A stretch of DNA of 64,000 nt from Candidatus Omnitrophota bacterium (GTDB lineage Bacteria; Omnitrophota; Gorgyraeia; JAZDFF01). Below, piece after piece: positions 39,002-49,130 of the stretch. The DNA lies in assembly GCA_043808095.1 (NCBI GenBank), contig JAZDFF010000001.1, forward strand, positions 1,628-65,627, in the 5' to 3' direction. The notes under the pieces are model-generated. The model did not search any database. It worked only from the letters and a program-made list of their open reading frames with translations, and was not told where the DNA came from. A program made the position numbers and the translations under genes. Numbering within the stretch: position 1 is the first letter of the stretch; each line of letters starts with the position of its first letter.

Positions 39002-39784
39002 ATGACACGAATCGATAAAAAGTTTAGAGATTTAAGAAGGCAGCATAAAAAGGCCTTTATTGCCTTTATCACTGCAGGAGACCCTGACCTTAATACCACT
39101 TTTAAATTAGCCCTGGAACTTGAAAAATCCGGGGTGGATATCATAGAGTTGGGGGTGCCATTTTCCGATCCTCTGGCTGACGGACCGGTTATACAGGCCG
39201 CTTCAGAGCGCAGCCTTAAAAAAGGAACTACCTTAGTTGGTGTAATTAATCTTATAAAGAGGATAAGAAGAGAGAGTAACATTCCTCTTGTGATAATGAG
39301 CTATTACAATCCTATTCTCAGTATGGGTGAGGAAAGGTTTACAATAGAAGCGCATCTGGCCGGTTTAGACGGACTGATTATCCCGGATTTACCTCCTGAA
39401 GAGTCGTCTTCCTTAATCTCTTTCTGCCGAAGCCATAATTTAAATAATATTTTATTTTTGTCCCCCACAAGTCCGATTTCACGGATTAAATCAATCACCA
39501 GGCTTACTAGCGGCTTTATCTATTATGTTTCTTTAACCGGAGTTACCGGCACCAGGGATAGATTGGCAGGACAGCTAGAGAACAGAATCAGGCTGATAAA
39601 GCGTTTTAGCAAAAAACCCGTGTGCGTCGGCTTCGGGATATCTAATAGGAATCAAGTGCAGAAAATTTCTAGATTTTCTGACGGCGTAATTATAGGAAGC
39701 GCGATTGTCAAAAAGATCCAGGATAACGTCGGTAATAAATATTTGGTAACCAAGGTCGGTAAGTTTGTAAGAAGCTTGATGTGA
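39002..39784 (+). CDS. trpA: Tryptophan synthase alpha chain
   Basis: ELGVPFSDPLADGPVIQ, GVTG and GFGIS motifs. Confidence 0.98.
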   Translation: MTRIDKKFRDLRRQHKKAFIAFITAGDPDLNTTFKLALELEKSGVDIIELGVPFSDPLADGPVIQAASERSLKKGTTLVGVINLIKRIRRESNIPLVIMSYYNPILSMGEERFTIEAHLAGLDGLIIPDLPPEESSSLISFCRSHNLNNILFLSPTSPISRIKSITRLTSGFIYYVSLTGVTGTRDRLAGQLENRIRLIKRFSKKPVCVGFGISNRNQVQKISRFSDGVIIGSAIVKKIQDNVGNKYLVTKVGKFVRSLM

Positions 39785-39929
39785 ATTAATTTAATTTTCA
39801 CTGAAAGAATCTAATGATGCGCAGATAATTACAGATAATCTGTGCCCATCTGTGAAAAACTAAATTTAAACTGCAATCTGTGCTTAAGCCGCAGGCTGAT
39901 CCGCCTGCGGCGGAAATCTGTGATATAAA

Positions 39930-41189
39930 ATGTATAATAAGATTAATTTGGAAAATAAATTACGGATTGTTACTTATCCTATGGAGGGATTAAGGTCAGT
40001 TTCCGTAGGTATCTGGATCGGAGTCGGCGGTCGGTTTGAAAATGCCTCTAACAAAGGCATATCGCATTTCCTAGAACACCTGGTTTTTAAAGGCTCTAGA
40101 AAATACTCCTGCGAAGAAATAAAACAGGGAATCGAGGGCTCGGGAGGAGCTTTAAACGGATTCACCTCAGAGGAATTTACCTGTTATCTGGTGAAGGTCT
40201 TAGACAAAAATATCCTTAAGGCGATTGATATCTTAGCGGATATGGTGGTAAATCCGCTGATTCCCTCCGTTGAAGTTGAAAAAGAACGCGGGGTAATTAT
40301 TGAAGAGATAAAGATGTATAAAGATCTACCCCAGCATTATGTCCATGAACTTTTAGACGGCTTGCTTTGGCCGAATCACCCCTTGGGAATGAACCTCGCC
40401 GGGACGGTTGATAGCGTATCCGGTATTTCCCGGGAAGACCTTTTTAAATTTCAATCCTTTTGGTATCCTGTTTCTAATATAGTGGTTGTGATATGTGGTG
40501 CCTTTCATGAAGCCAAGACAATAGAAAAAATCAAGGCCACTTTTAGAAAATTAGCCTCTGGTAAAAAAACGCAGTTTCTTAAATTTAGCGCAAAACAAAA
40601 TAGCCCTCGTTTTACAACCCTCAATAAAAAAACCGAACAAACTCACCTTGCCATGGGTTATCCCAGCCTAAAGAGAGATCATCCCAAAAAGTATGTCTTA
40701 AGTTTATTAAATACAATACTAGGCGCTAATATGTCCAGTCGCTTGTTTAAAGAGATACGCGAAAAAAGAGGCCTGGCTTATGAAATCGGCACAAGCTTAA
40801 AACGGCACGCTGATAGCGGCGCATTTGTCGTCCATGCTGGAATCGACAACAGAAATGTAATCCAGACCATCGATTTAATCCTAAAGGAATTTGATAAGAT
40901 AAAAAAGTTTTTGCCGACTAAGAGTGAATTTATGCGGGCCAAGGAGTTTTATTGCGGCCAGCTGATCATCGCCCTTGAAGACCCTCTTAATCAGATGCTT
41001 ATGTTGGGAGAAGACGTCCTGTCAAAGGACGAGATTCATTCTCCCCAAGAAACATTAAAAGAGATTGAAAAAATTAAGATTGAAGAAATATCGGAATTGG
41101 CCAAAGATATTTTTGACCCCAGGCATATTAATGTTGCCTTAATCGGGCCGGACAGCGGTATCGAGTCAAAGTTTAAAAAAATAATCTAA
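39930..41189 (+). CDS. M16 (pitrilysin) family peptidase
   Basis: HFLEH zinc motif, NGFT and SSRLFKEIREKRGLAY. Confidence 0.93.
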   Translation: MYNKINLENKLRIVTYPMEGLRSVSVGIWIGVGGRFENASNKGISHFLEHLVFKGSRKYSCEEIKQGIEGSGGALNGFTSEEFTCYLVKVLDKNILKAIDILADMVVNPLIPSVEVEKERGVIIEEIKMYKDLPQHYVHELLDGLLWPNHPLGMNLAGTVDSVSGISREDLFKFQSFWYPVSNIVVVICGAFHEAKTIEKIKATFRKLASGKKTQFLKFSAKQNSPRFTTLNKKTEQTHLAMGYPSLKRDHPKKYVLSLLNTILGANMSSRLFKEIREKRGLAYEIGTSLKRHADSGAFVVHAGIDNRNVIQTIDLILKEFDKIKKFLPTKSEFMRAKEFYCGQLIIALEDPLNQMLMLGEDVLSKDEIHSPQETLKEIEKIKIEEISELAKDIFDPRHINVALIGPDSGIESKFKKII

Positions 41190-41207
41190 AACATCTTAAT
41201 TGAAAAA

Positions 41208-42233
41208 ATGAACGCCTTCGGTATTCCTCAAATAATTATAGTGGTCTTACTGTTGTTACTTTCGGCATTACTCTCTGCCTCAGAGACCTCGCTTATCGGC
41301 CTGAGTAAAATGCGGCTGCGCCATCTGGTTTCTAAAGGCGCCAAAGGTGCATTAGGCGTCCAGCGGCTTATCTCAAAATTAGATAAGGTCATCGCTGCAA
41401 TATTAATCGGCAACAACCTGATTAATACCGCAATATCTGTTATTGTTACTACCGGATTTGTCCTGATCTTCGGGCCGAAACTGGCAATGATTATCTCGAT
41501 ATTTTTTTTAACCTTTATCATTTTAGTATTCTGTGAGATAACGCCGAAAATCCTGGCCATTAAATTTACCGAGAAGGTTGCGTTTATCGTATCCCCGATA
41601 ATGGAGGTGATCTTAAAGATATTTTCTCCACTGATTCCTCTTTTTACCGTTGTCAGCGATTCGATATTGAAGGTATTAAGGGTTGAGCCGGTAAAACGTT
41701 CGCCGCTTATTACCGAAGAAGAACTGCGCCTGATGATTGAGGTCGGCAGAGACGAAGGCGTCTTAAGCGACGATGAAAGAAAGATGCTTTACCGTATCTT
41801 TGAGTTTGGCAATATCAAGGTTTCTGATGTAATGGTACCAAAGGAAAAAATCGTTGCCATAGATATCAAATCCGACCCCGAGGCCTTATTAAATATCCTT
41901 ACCGAGGAAGGTTATTCCAGGATTCCCGTTTACAGAGATTCCGTAGACACTATTATAGGAATTATCTATGCCAAGGATTTATTGCATATCTGGAGAAACA
42001 ATAAACTTTTTACCGTTGATGACCTGGTCCATGCGCCTTTTTATGCCAGACCCGAAGCAAAGGTAAATGATTTATTAAGGGAGTTTCAGAAGAACAAGGT
42101 TCAGATTGCCATTGTGGTAGGTGGCGAAAACAAGACTAAGGGCCTGGTGACCTTGGAGGATTTGTTTGAGGAGATTGTGGGAGAAATAGAAGAGGACAAA
42201 AAACCGCTTAAGAATCTTAAGAAGAAGACATAA
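41208..42233 (+). CDS. CNNM/hemolysin-family protein with CBS pair
   Basis: SASETS, ILIGNN, EITPK, SRIPVY and TLEDLFEEIVGEI motifs. Confidence 0.92.
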   Translation: MNAFGIPQIIIVVLLLLLSALLSASETSLIGLSKMRLRHLVSKGAKGALGVQRLISKLDKVIAAILIGNNLINTAISVIVTTGFVLIFGPKLAMIISIFFLTFIILVFCEITPKILAIKFTEKVAFIVSPIMEVILKIFSPLIPLFTVVSDSILKVLRVEPVKRSPLITEEELRLMIEVGRDEGVLSDDERKMLYRIFEFGNIKVSDVMVPKEKIVAIDIKSDPEALLNILTEEGYSRIPVYRDSVDTIIGIIYAKDLLHIWRNNKLFTVDDLVHAPFYARPEAKVNDLLREFQKNKVQIAIVVGGENKTKGLVTLEDLFEEIVGEIEEDKKPLKNLKKKT

Positions 42234-42242
42234 CTGAATGTA

Positions 42243-42322
42243 TTGGCACATTCGCTTCGCTTTAGTGTCAACACCGAGAATATAGGCAAAGCAGTTTTCA
42301 TCGATGAATACGAAGGTGTTGA
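42243..42322. mobile_element. TTCG..hairpin element ending in a -35 box
   Basis: TTGG-CAC-ATTCGCTTCGCTTTA-GTGTCAACACC-GAG...CGAA-GGTG-TTGA. Confidence 0.6.
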
Positions 42323-42347
42323 CAAAAATTTATTTATGTGATACATT
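42319..42347 (+). promoter_or_regulatory. Putative sigma70 promoter
   Basis: TTGACA-17 nt-TACATT with TG extension. Confidence 0.6.
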
Positions 42348-42490
42348 TATGAAGTCTTTAGATTAAAATTTTTTGAGAAACATAAAAAGGAGGATCGCAA
42401 AAACGCAAAAGAAAAATTTTTGGCGCTTTGGCGGCGTGAGTGTCTTAATACTAATTTGGCGTTTTGGCGATTAAAAAGGAGGAGGAAACA

Positions 42491-42631
42491 ATGGAAGCTT
42501 ATTGCGTAAAATGTAAGTCAAAGAAAGAGATGAAGGATACCCAAAACGTTACTTTAAAGAACGGCCGCAAGGCAATTAAAGGCAAATGCCCTGATTGTTC
42601 AACTGGCATGTTTAGGATAACAGGTAAGTAG
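42491..42631 (+). CDS. 46-aa zinc-ribbon protein (DUF5679-like), absent from the ORF track
   Basis: Strong RBS aggaggagg; MEAYCVKCKSKKEMKDTQNVTLKNGRKAIKGKCPDCSTGMFRITGK. Confidence 0.88.
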   Translation: MEAYCVKCKSKKEMKDTQNVTLKNGRKAIKGKCPDCSTGMFRITGK

Positions 42632-42660
42632 GCTTCATAACTAAAATAAAAAATAAATTA

Positions 42661-42996
42661 TAGGGCGTCATAAAAATTCCGCCCTTGATTGCAGAGGTTA
42701 CAAAATCTGATTATGCGGATTTCCGCCTTTGGCGAAAAATATTCCGAAGAAACAATCTTTGTAATCATTAGGCTAAAACGATACTTCGACTTTGTCCTGC
42801 TTCGACAGGCTCAGTATTCGCCCTGAGCGAGCGAAATCCCTCGACTGCGCTCGGGATGGTTCGAGGGGTGGTGAGCCCTTCGATTACGCTCAGGGCAAAT
42901 GGTGAGCAAAGTCGAACCAGAGCAAGTCGAACCACGAGTCGAAAGGCTCAGTATTCGTCCTGAGTGAAATCGAAGGACGAATTTTATGACAGCCTA
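42661..42996. mobile_element. MITE (reverse orientation of 20112-20297) with nested hairpin stack 42779-42981
   Basis: TAGGGCGTCATAAAA...TTTTATGACAGCCTA flanked by AATAAATTA at 42652-42660 and 42997-43005. Confidence 0.8.
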
Positions 42997-43007
42997 AATA
43001 AATTATT

Positions 43008-43364
43008 TTGAAGAGGCAGGAGAAAATAGACTCCAAAGAGAAATCAATATTAGCTACTAGATTTGCCAAGGACAAGAAGGCAGAAGAAATTACAGTCTTA
43101 GATATGCGTAAGACCTCTAACTTCTGCGATTTCTTTGTTATTATGTCCAGCGCCTCAACGCGGCAGTCAAAGGCAATAGCCGATGCCATCGAAAAAGGCC
43201 TCGGTTCTAAGAAGGTCAGATTGCTTCATTGCGAAGGCAAAAGCGAGGGCCTTTGGATTTTGCAGGATTACGGCGATGTAATCGTGCATATTTTTAATCA
43301 GGATATCAGGTCTTTTTATTGTCTTGAGCGGCTGTGGAGCGATGCCCAAAGACTGGATTTTTAA
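43008..43364 (+). CDS. rsfS: Ribosome silencing factor
   Basis: DKKAEEI.VLD, DFFVI, WILQDYGDVIVHIF and YCLERLW motifs. Confidence 0.95.
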   Translation: MKRQEKIDSKEKSILATRFAKDKKAEEITVLDMRKTSNFCDFFVIMSSASTRQSKAIADAIEKGLGSKKVRLLHCEGKSEGLWILQDYGDVIVHIFNQDIRSFYCLERLWSDAQRLDF

Positions 43365-43504
43365 TAAGCACATCCCGATGTAACGTCGGGATAAGTGCGA
43401 ATTTAACCCCCGTCGCTTTGCTTCGCAAAGCGAAGCAGCGGGGGTAAGTTCGGACAAATAACTTATGTCGCTCTACAGGCTCCATAAGTTATGTCCTCAC
43501 TTAT

Positions 43505-45175
43505 GTGACAAAAGAAGTATTGGTAGAACAAAACCTAATAAAACTTGTAAATAAAGCCGTCCAAGATAATTTCCCTTCCGTAACTTTAGACGAACTGCCC
43601 ACCTATCTAGAAATACCCAAGGAATACAAATTCGGTGATTTCTCTTCAACCGTTGCCTTAAAGCTTAGTAAGATTTTAAAACAACCCCCTCTTGAAATCG
43701 CCAATATTCTTAAGAGCACCATTATCGCCACAATCGATTCCTCAAGGTTAAAAGATGTAATTTTTAAGACAGAGATACAACCTCCCGGTTTTATTAACTT
43801 CTTTATTAAGACGCAATATCTTTATGTGTTGTTAAATCAGATTATTCAAAAAGGAAAAGATTTTGCAAGGTCGGATTTGGGTAAAGGCGCTAATGTTTTA
43901 ATCGAGTTTATTAGCGCTAACCCTACTGGGCCGCTATCACTTGCCCATGGCCGTCAGGCAGCAGTGGGCGATGCCCTGGCCAATATTTTAGATTTTGCCG
44001 GCTTTAATGTAAGCAGGGAATATTATGTTAATGACGAAGGCCGCCAGATTGATTTATTGGGGGCCTCAATTGAGGCCCGTCTTAAGGAACTATTGGGCAA
44101 GACAAGTGCATTTCCCGAAGAAGGATATCACGGTAAATATATTTATGATATTTCCCGTGTAATTATTGATAAAAAAATTGATACGAAGGATAAAGGCATT
44201 GAATTTTTCTCAAAATTCGGCGTAGATTACATCCTGGAAATAATCAAGAATGACTTAGAGGATTTTGGGGTAAAGTTTGATTTCTGGTCCAGCCAAAAGG
44301 CATTAAGAGAAGATGGCAATATTGACGAGGCCTTGGATTTTTTGGCCAAGAAAAAATTGACCTATAAAGAAGATGATGCCCTCTGGTTTAAGTCCACTGC
44401 CTTTGGCGATGACAAGGATAGGGTGGTTATAAAAAAAGACAAGACGTTTACGTACCTGGCGCCTGACATCGCCTATCATCGGGATAAATTCAGACGCGGC
44501 TTTAACTGGCTGATTAATCTCTGGGGTCCGGATCATCACGGCTACATCCAGAGATTAAAGGCGGCGATAAAGGCCTTGGGCCATGATAAGGAAAGTCTTT
44601 CTGTTATTATTGTACAGCTAGTGACCTTATTAAGAGGCAAAGAGGCTGTCTCGATGTCTAAACGAAGCGGTGAATTTGTGAGTCTGCGAGATGTGATGAC
44701 TGATGTAGGAAAAGACGTAACCAGATTTTTCTTTTTAACACGCAGGACCGACAGCCACCTGGATTTCGACCTTGAACTGGCCAAGAAGCAATCGCAGGAA
44801 AACCCCGTATTTTATATCCAGTATGCCTATGCCAGAATCTGGGGGATTTTAGAGGGCGCCAAGGAAAAAGGCATCTCTCTTGGGGGTAAGACCAAGGCAG
44901 GGATTTTAGATAAAGAAGAAGAGATTATTATTATGCGGCTCTTAAATCGGTTTCCTCATATAATTTTAGCCAGTTATAAACTGCTTGATCCATATCCCCT
45001 GACAAGTTATCTCTTGGAACTAGTGGGCGCATTCCATAGATTCTATGACCGCCATAAGGTCCTAAGCGAAGATACTGACCTTACCAGTGCCAGGCTCATG
45101 CTTATCGAGGCAGTAAAGATAGTCCTTGAGAACGGCCTTACATTATTAGGTGTTTCCCGTCCCAAGAGGATGTAA
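43505..45175 (+). CDS. argS: Arginyl-tRNA synthetase
   Basis: SANPTGPLSLAHGR, WGPDHHGY, MSKRSG and YIQYAYAR motifs. Confidence 0.97.
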   Translation: MTKEVLVEQNLIKLVNKAVQDNFPSVTLDELPTYLEIPKEYKFGDFSSTVALKLSKILKQPPLEIANILKSTIIATIDSSRLKDVIFKTEIQPPGFINFFIKTQYLYVLLNQIIQKGKDFARSDLGKGANVLIEFISANPTGPLSLAHGRQAAVGDALANILDFAGFNVSREYYVNDEGRQIDLLGASIEARLKELLGKTSAFPEEGYHGKYIYDISRVIIDKKIDTKDKGIEFFSKFGVDYILEIIKNDLEDFGVKFDFWSSQKALREDGNIDEALDFLAKKKLTYKEDDALWFKSTAFGDDKDRVVIKKDKTFTYLAPDIAYHRDKFRRGFNWLINLWGPDHHGYIQRLKAAIKALGHDKESLSVIIVQLVTLLRGKEAVSMSKRSGEFVSLRDVMTDVGKDVTRFFFLTRRTDSHLDFDLELAKKQSQENPVFYIQYAYARIWGILEGAKEKGISLGGKTKAGILDKEEEIIIMRLLNRFPHIILASYKLLDPYPLTSYLLELVGAFHRFYDRHKVLSEDTDLTSARLMLIEAVKIVLENGLTLLGVSRPKRM

Positions 45176-45255
45176 TATATGAATCACGAATAAACACAAA
45201 TTTCACACTAATTAACACGAATATTAAAATTTACAAATTCGTGTCTATTCGTGTG

Positions 45256-45329
45256 TCCCGAATGAAGCAATTGATTGTGTTTAGCTTCGGGATCCCGAAG
45301 TGATTCTTAAGAAGTCACTACATTCGGGA
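45256..45329. mobile_element. 74-bp TCCCG double hairpin nested in a CACGAAT/ATTCGTG repeat
   Basis: Removal restores attcgtgtg|taattcgtg. Confidence 0.8.
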
Positions 45330-45357
45330 TAATTCGTGAGAATTAGTGTACAATAAA

Positions 45358-47046
45358 ATGTATAAAAACTGGCAGGTTGCTCGGGTTGATGCCCATAAAC
45401 AAACCGAATTAAGCAAAGAATTAGGCATATCCAGGATTCTGGCCTCTCTTTTAATTAATCGGGGCCTTATTTCTAAAACTACGGCCTCAAGTTTTTTGAA
45501 CCCGCATCTGGCGGATTTGGTCGACCCTTTTAAATTGAAGGATATGGCCAATGCCGTCAAAAGAATAAAAAAAGCCCAGAAAAATAAAGAGAAGGTCTTG
45601 GTTATCGCCGATTATGATGTGGACGGACTGACCAGTTGTGCGGTATTAAAATCCGCCCTAAAGAGATTGAACCTTGAGGTTTTTACTTATTTGCCCCACA
45701 GAATTTCCGAGGGCTATGGAATAAGTAAGAAGGCCCTCGAGTACTGCCTAAAGATAAAGGCGAGCCTAGTATTTACTGTTGACTGCGGCATTACTGGCCA
45801 CAAAGAGATTGGATTTTTAAATAAACACAATATTGACACCATTATTATCGACCATCATCAGCCCAAGGGCAGGTATTTACCCGAGGCCTATGCCATCATT
45901 GACCCGAAACGTCCTGATTGCGCTTATCCTTACAAAGAGCTTGCCGGAGTGGGCCTTGTCTATAAAGTGGTTTGGGCATTTTTAGGACATCATGCAAAAG
46001 ATTTCTTCGATCTGGTTGCATTAGGCACTGTGGCTGATATTGTGCCTTTAGACGGAGAAAACCGCATCTTCGTAAAAGAGGGGCTAAGGCATATTAATTT
46101 TCCAAAGCGTCCGGGGATAAAGGCGCTTCTTGAGGTCTGCGGCCTAAAGGGCAAAATCATCCGAACGGAGTATATAAATTTTATCCTAGGGCCAAGGATT
46201 AATGCCTCGGGCAGGATGCGTACTGCCGAGGATTCTTTAGAATTGCTTTTAACCGAATCTGAAGAAGAGGCCTTCTGCCTAGCTAAGAACTTAGAAAGTG
46301 ATAACCGCACGCGCCAGACGGTTGAAAGCCGGGTGCTTCAGGAAGCCCTAACCAAGATTGATAAAGAAATCAATTTTAAAGACCACTATGTGATAGTACT
46401 TAGTTCCGAGGGTTGGCATCAGGGCGTCCTGGGGATTGTGGCCTCAAAGGTTGTGGACAGGTTTTATCGGCCGGCAATAATCATTTCTTTGGAAGATAAT
46501 ATGGGTAAGGGTTCTGCCCGTTCTATCCATTCTTTTCACCTATTTGAAGCGCTCCATAAGTGTTCAAAATATCTGGAGGGTTTTGGCGGGCATAAATATG
46601 CCGCAGGCCTTACCATAACGCGGGATAATATCGATACATTTAAGAACGAAATGAACCGTATTGCCAAAGACCTCTTAAGACCCGAAGACCTTATGCCGGC
46701 AATAGATATTGATGCAGAAATTCGCTTAAGCGACTTGAATAAGGATTTAATTCTGGAACTGGAGAAATTAGAGCCTTTTGGAAAAGGCAATCCTGAACCA
46801 ATATTTTCTGTAATAAACCTTTATCTTAGAGGAAGACCGCTTATACTGGGCAGGGAAACGCTAAAATTCTGGGTCAGTGACGGACAGTTATTTTATCCGG
46901 CAATAGGTTTCGGGATGGCAGGATGCCTAGATTTGATTTGCCAGGCACAAAGCCTTGATCTCTGCTTTAGCCTACGGCTTGATTCTTGGGAAGGGGAGGA
47001 ATCTCTTATTTTAGAGGTAAAGGATATCCGGTTCAACAACGCCTAA
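45358..47046 (+). CDS. recJ: ssDNA exonuclease RecJ
   Basis: DYDVDG, TVDCG, DHH, GTVAD, GSARS and GGH motifs. Confidence 0.97.
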   Translation: MYKNWQVARVDAHKQTELSKELGISRILASLLINRGLISKTTASSFLNPHLADLVDPFKLKDMANAVKRIKKAQKNKEKVLVIADYDVDGLTSCAVLKSALKRLNLEVFTYLPHRISEGYGISKKALEYCLKIKASLVFTVDCGITGHKEIGFLNKHNIDTIIIDHHQPKGRYLPEAYAIIDPKRPDCAYPYKELAGVGLVYKVVWAFLGHHAKDFFDLVALGTVADIVPLDGENRIFVKEGLRHINFPKRPGIKALLEVCGLKGKIIRTEYINFILGPRINASGRMRTAEDSLELLLTESEEEAFCLAKNLESDNRTRQTVESRVLQEALTKIDKEINFKDHYVIVLSSEGWHQGVLGIVASKVVDRFYRPAIIISLEDNMGKGSARSIHSFHLFEALHKCSKYLEGFGGHKYAAGLTITRDNIDTFKNEMNRIAKDLLRPEDLMPAIDIDAEIRLSDLNKDLILELEKLEPFGKGNPEPIFSVINLYLRGRPLILGRETLKFWVSDGQLFYPAIGFGMAGCLDLICQAQSLDLCFSLRLDSWEGEESLILEVKDIRFNNA

Positions 47047-47052
47047 TTCCTA

Positions 47053-47280
47053 TCACGCTTTTGTAATTTTACCTGCCTTAATACACTTAGAACAGACCAG
47101 TACCCTCTTAATGGTTTTACCGAGGCGAATTCTTATCTTCTGTAGGTTAGGCAAAAATTTCCTTTTAGAGACGCCGGTGATTTTTCTTCCTGCGCCGCCT
47201 TTACGCTTGGCCATACCGCGGCGGATGATACTTCTTCCGGCCATGACATGTTTACCGCAAACAAAACATTCCCGTGCCAT
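47053..47280 (-). CDS. rpmB: 50S ribosomal protein L28
   Basis: MARECFVCGK...RKFLPNLQ...VCSKCIK; RBS ggag upstream of ATG 47280. Confidence 0.95.
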   Translation of the reverse strand: MARECFVCGKHVMAGRSIIRRGMAKRKGGAGRKITGVSKRKFLPNLQKIRIRLGKTIKRVLVCSKCIKAGKITKA

Positions 47281-47485
47281 ATTGACTCCTTTAATGAATA
47301 ATATCACAGATGATTACAGATCTACCTTTAAATTTCAGATTTTCGCAGATGGGTACAGATAAGTTAATCAGTGTCCATCTTGTAGTTTTTCCCGCTAAGC
47401 GGGATCCCGCTGGAATCTTTTATTTTGGTACGGGATAATCTGTGCTAATCTGTGGATAAATATAACTAAGTTCGGATTTTATTTG

Positions 47486-47513
47486 AGTATACTTGAAAAC
47501 AGATTTTTGTCAA
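47486..47513 (-). promoter_or_regulatory. sigma70-type promoter of rpmB
   Basis: Minus-strand TTGACA-16 nt-TATACT. Confidence 0.65.
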
Positions 47514-47622
47514 GGTAAAATGAGTGAGGGCATAAGTTATGTCGCCAAAGTCAATAAACAGTTCCATAACTTATGTGCTTTATTGGAAAAGGGCGGTATA
47601 ATCGAATTATAGGAGAGCTCAA

Positions 47623-48423
47623 ATGAAAAAGATATTATTACTTGGTTTATCAGTGTTATTTATTTGTCAAATTTGTTTTGCCCAAGAAGCAGCACCTCAA
47701 ACCAGCCCCAAATATAAAGAACAACCACTTACTCTTATCATCAAATCAGACAAAAAAGTGTATGAAGTTGGGGAGGATATAAAAGTTAATTTTAAGTTTA
47801 TAAATCAATCGGAAGATACCATAAAGATAAAAGTTGGTAGGCAAGATTTGTATAATTTCTTTGATTTTTTTATATCACGAAATTGGGGTAAGCCAAGAAT
47901 AATCGGGGGAGCGAATGTTGAAGATATAAAGGAGGAAAAAATTGCCCCCGGCGAATCTTATAGTTTTGATGGATTAATTAATGAACTAGATATGAGGGCG
48001 ATGAGGCCAATATTTTATGAACCTGGTAGAGATAATACAGGTAGATATAAGATAACCATTACATATCGTGGTGATATAACCATCACTTCTAACACCATCA
48101 CCATAGAGGTCAAAGAGAGGCAGTTTAAAAATTTGTTTGAAAAGCAGTTTTATCAGATAAAGAACGGAATGAGCAGAGAGCAGGTTATTAGTCAGTTAGG
48201 TCAGCCATTTGAAAAACGGATTCATACATTGCCAGCAGGGCCATTCTGGGGTCCTCAAGAGGGTTTGGCTTCAATTTTAAAACCAGGGGCTAAATTTGAA
48301 GAGTGGGGATATCAAAAAGACGGTACTACCTACTTGATTTGGTTCGGTTCTCTTGAGGTAAAACCTGAAGCTGAATGGAAAGTTATAGGCAAGACCTTAT
48401 TTCCCACTGGAGCGGTATTTTAA
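47623..48423 (+). CDS. Secreted hypothetical protein, two-domain
   Basis: Signal peptide; beta-rich domain ending ITSNTITIEV; second domain IKNGMSREQVISQLGQP (SmpA/BamE-like motif). Confidence 0.75.
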   Translation: MKKILLLGLSVLFICQICFAQEAAPQTSPKYKEQPLTLIIKSDKKVYEVGEDIKVNFKFINQSEDTIKIKVGRQDLYNFFDFFISRNWGKPRIIGGANVEDIKEEKIAPGESYSFDGLINELDMRAMRPIFYEPGRDNTGRYKITITYRGDITITSNTITIEVKERQFKNLFEKQFYQIKNGMSREQVISQLGQPFEKRIHTLPAGPFWGPQEGLASILKPGAKFEEWGYQKDGTTYLIWFGSLEVKPEAEWKVIGKTLFPTGAVF

Positions 48424-48455
48424 TTCACCTCTAATAGACAAAGGAGCAACCCAAG

Positions 48456-49130
48456 ATGAAAAAAACGCTAGTATTTTGTTTAGTATTATTCTTTACTTCT
48501 TTAGGCTGCCAGATTAAGGAAAATAATGCGCAGGTAAATTCCTTAAAAACCGAAACTTTATCCGAGGCCAATATCGGAGCCTGGTCAGAGACAGTCGATG
48601 GCCTGCGTAGTAGGATTGCAACTGATAAAAAAATTTACTATGTCGGAGACCAGATAATTTTTTCACTCACCTGGGAAAACCTTAATAACAAAGAGGTGTT
48701 AATAAATTTTAGGGAAGATAGGCTGCTTCAAGGGATGATGTCCTTTAAAAACCAAGGTGGCAGAGGGCTTTTATCCAGGCTAATAACGTTAGAATTTGCG
48801 CCCGTATATCAAAAAAAGATTCCTAGCCATGGTTTATACTCGTATGAGTTGGTAGGTAAATTTACCAGAAAGACTCCGGATGATGTAAACCGGTTATTTG
48901 TATTAGGTAGTATTCCAGAAGACATTGAGAACTTTTATGGAAACATTGTTTTGGAGTTTTCTACTAAGACATTGTCAGAAATACCTGTTTTAATCGGTAA
49001 ATCCGGCAAGTTTTTTGTATCGCTCAATTATGAGATGTCGCCTGACTCTTATTTTGCCAAGAAAGAATCCCTGGCCTGGACAGGAAGGATTGAATCCAGG
49101 GAAGTGATGTTTGAGGTAAGAGGCAAATAA
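48456..49130 (+). CDS. Hypothetical lipoprotein
   Basis: Lipobox SLGC; RBS aaggag. Confidence 0.75.
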   Translation: MKKTLVFCLVLFFTSLGCQIKENNAQVNSLKTETLSEANIGAWSETVDGLRSRIATDKKIYYVGDQIIFSLTWENLNNKEVLINFREDRLLQGMMSFKNQGGRGLLSRLITLEFAPVYQKKIPSHGLYSYELVGKFTRKTPDDVNRLFVLGSIPEDIENFYGNIVLEFSTKTLSEIPVLIGKSGKFFVSLNYEMSPDSYFAKKESLAWTGRIESREVMFEVRGK

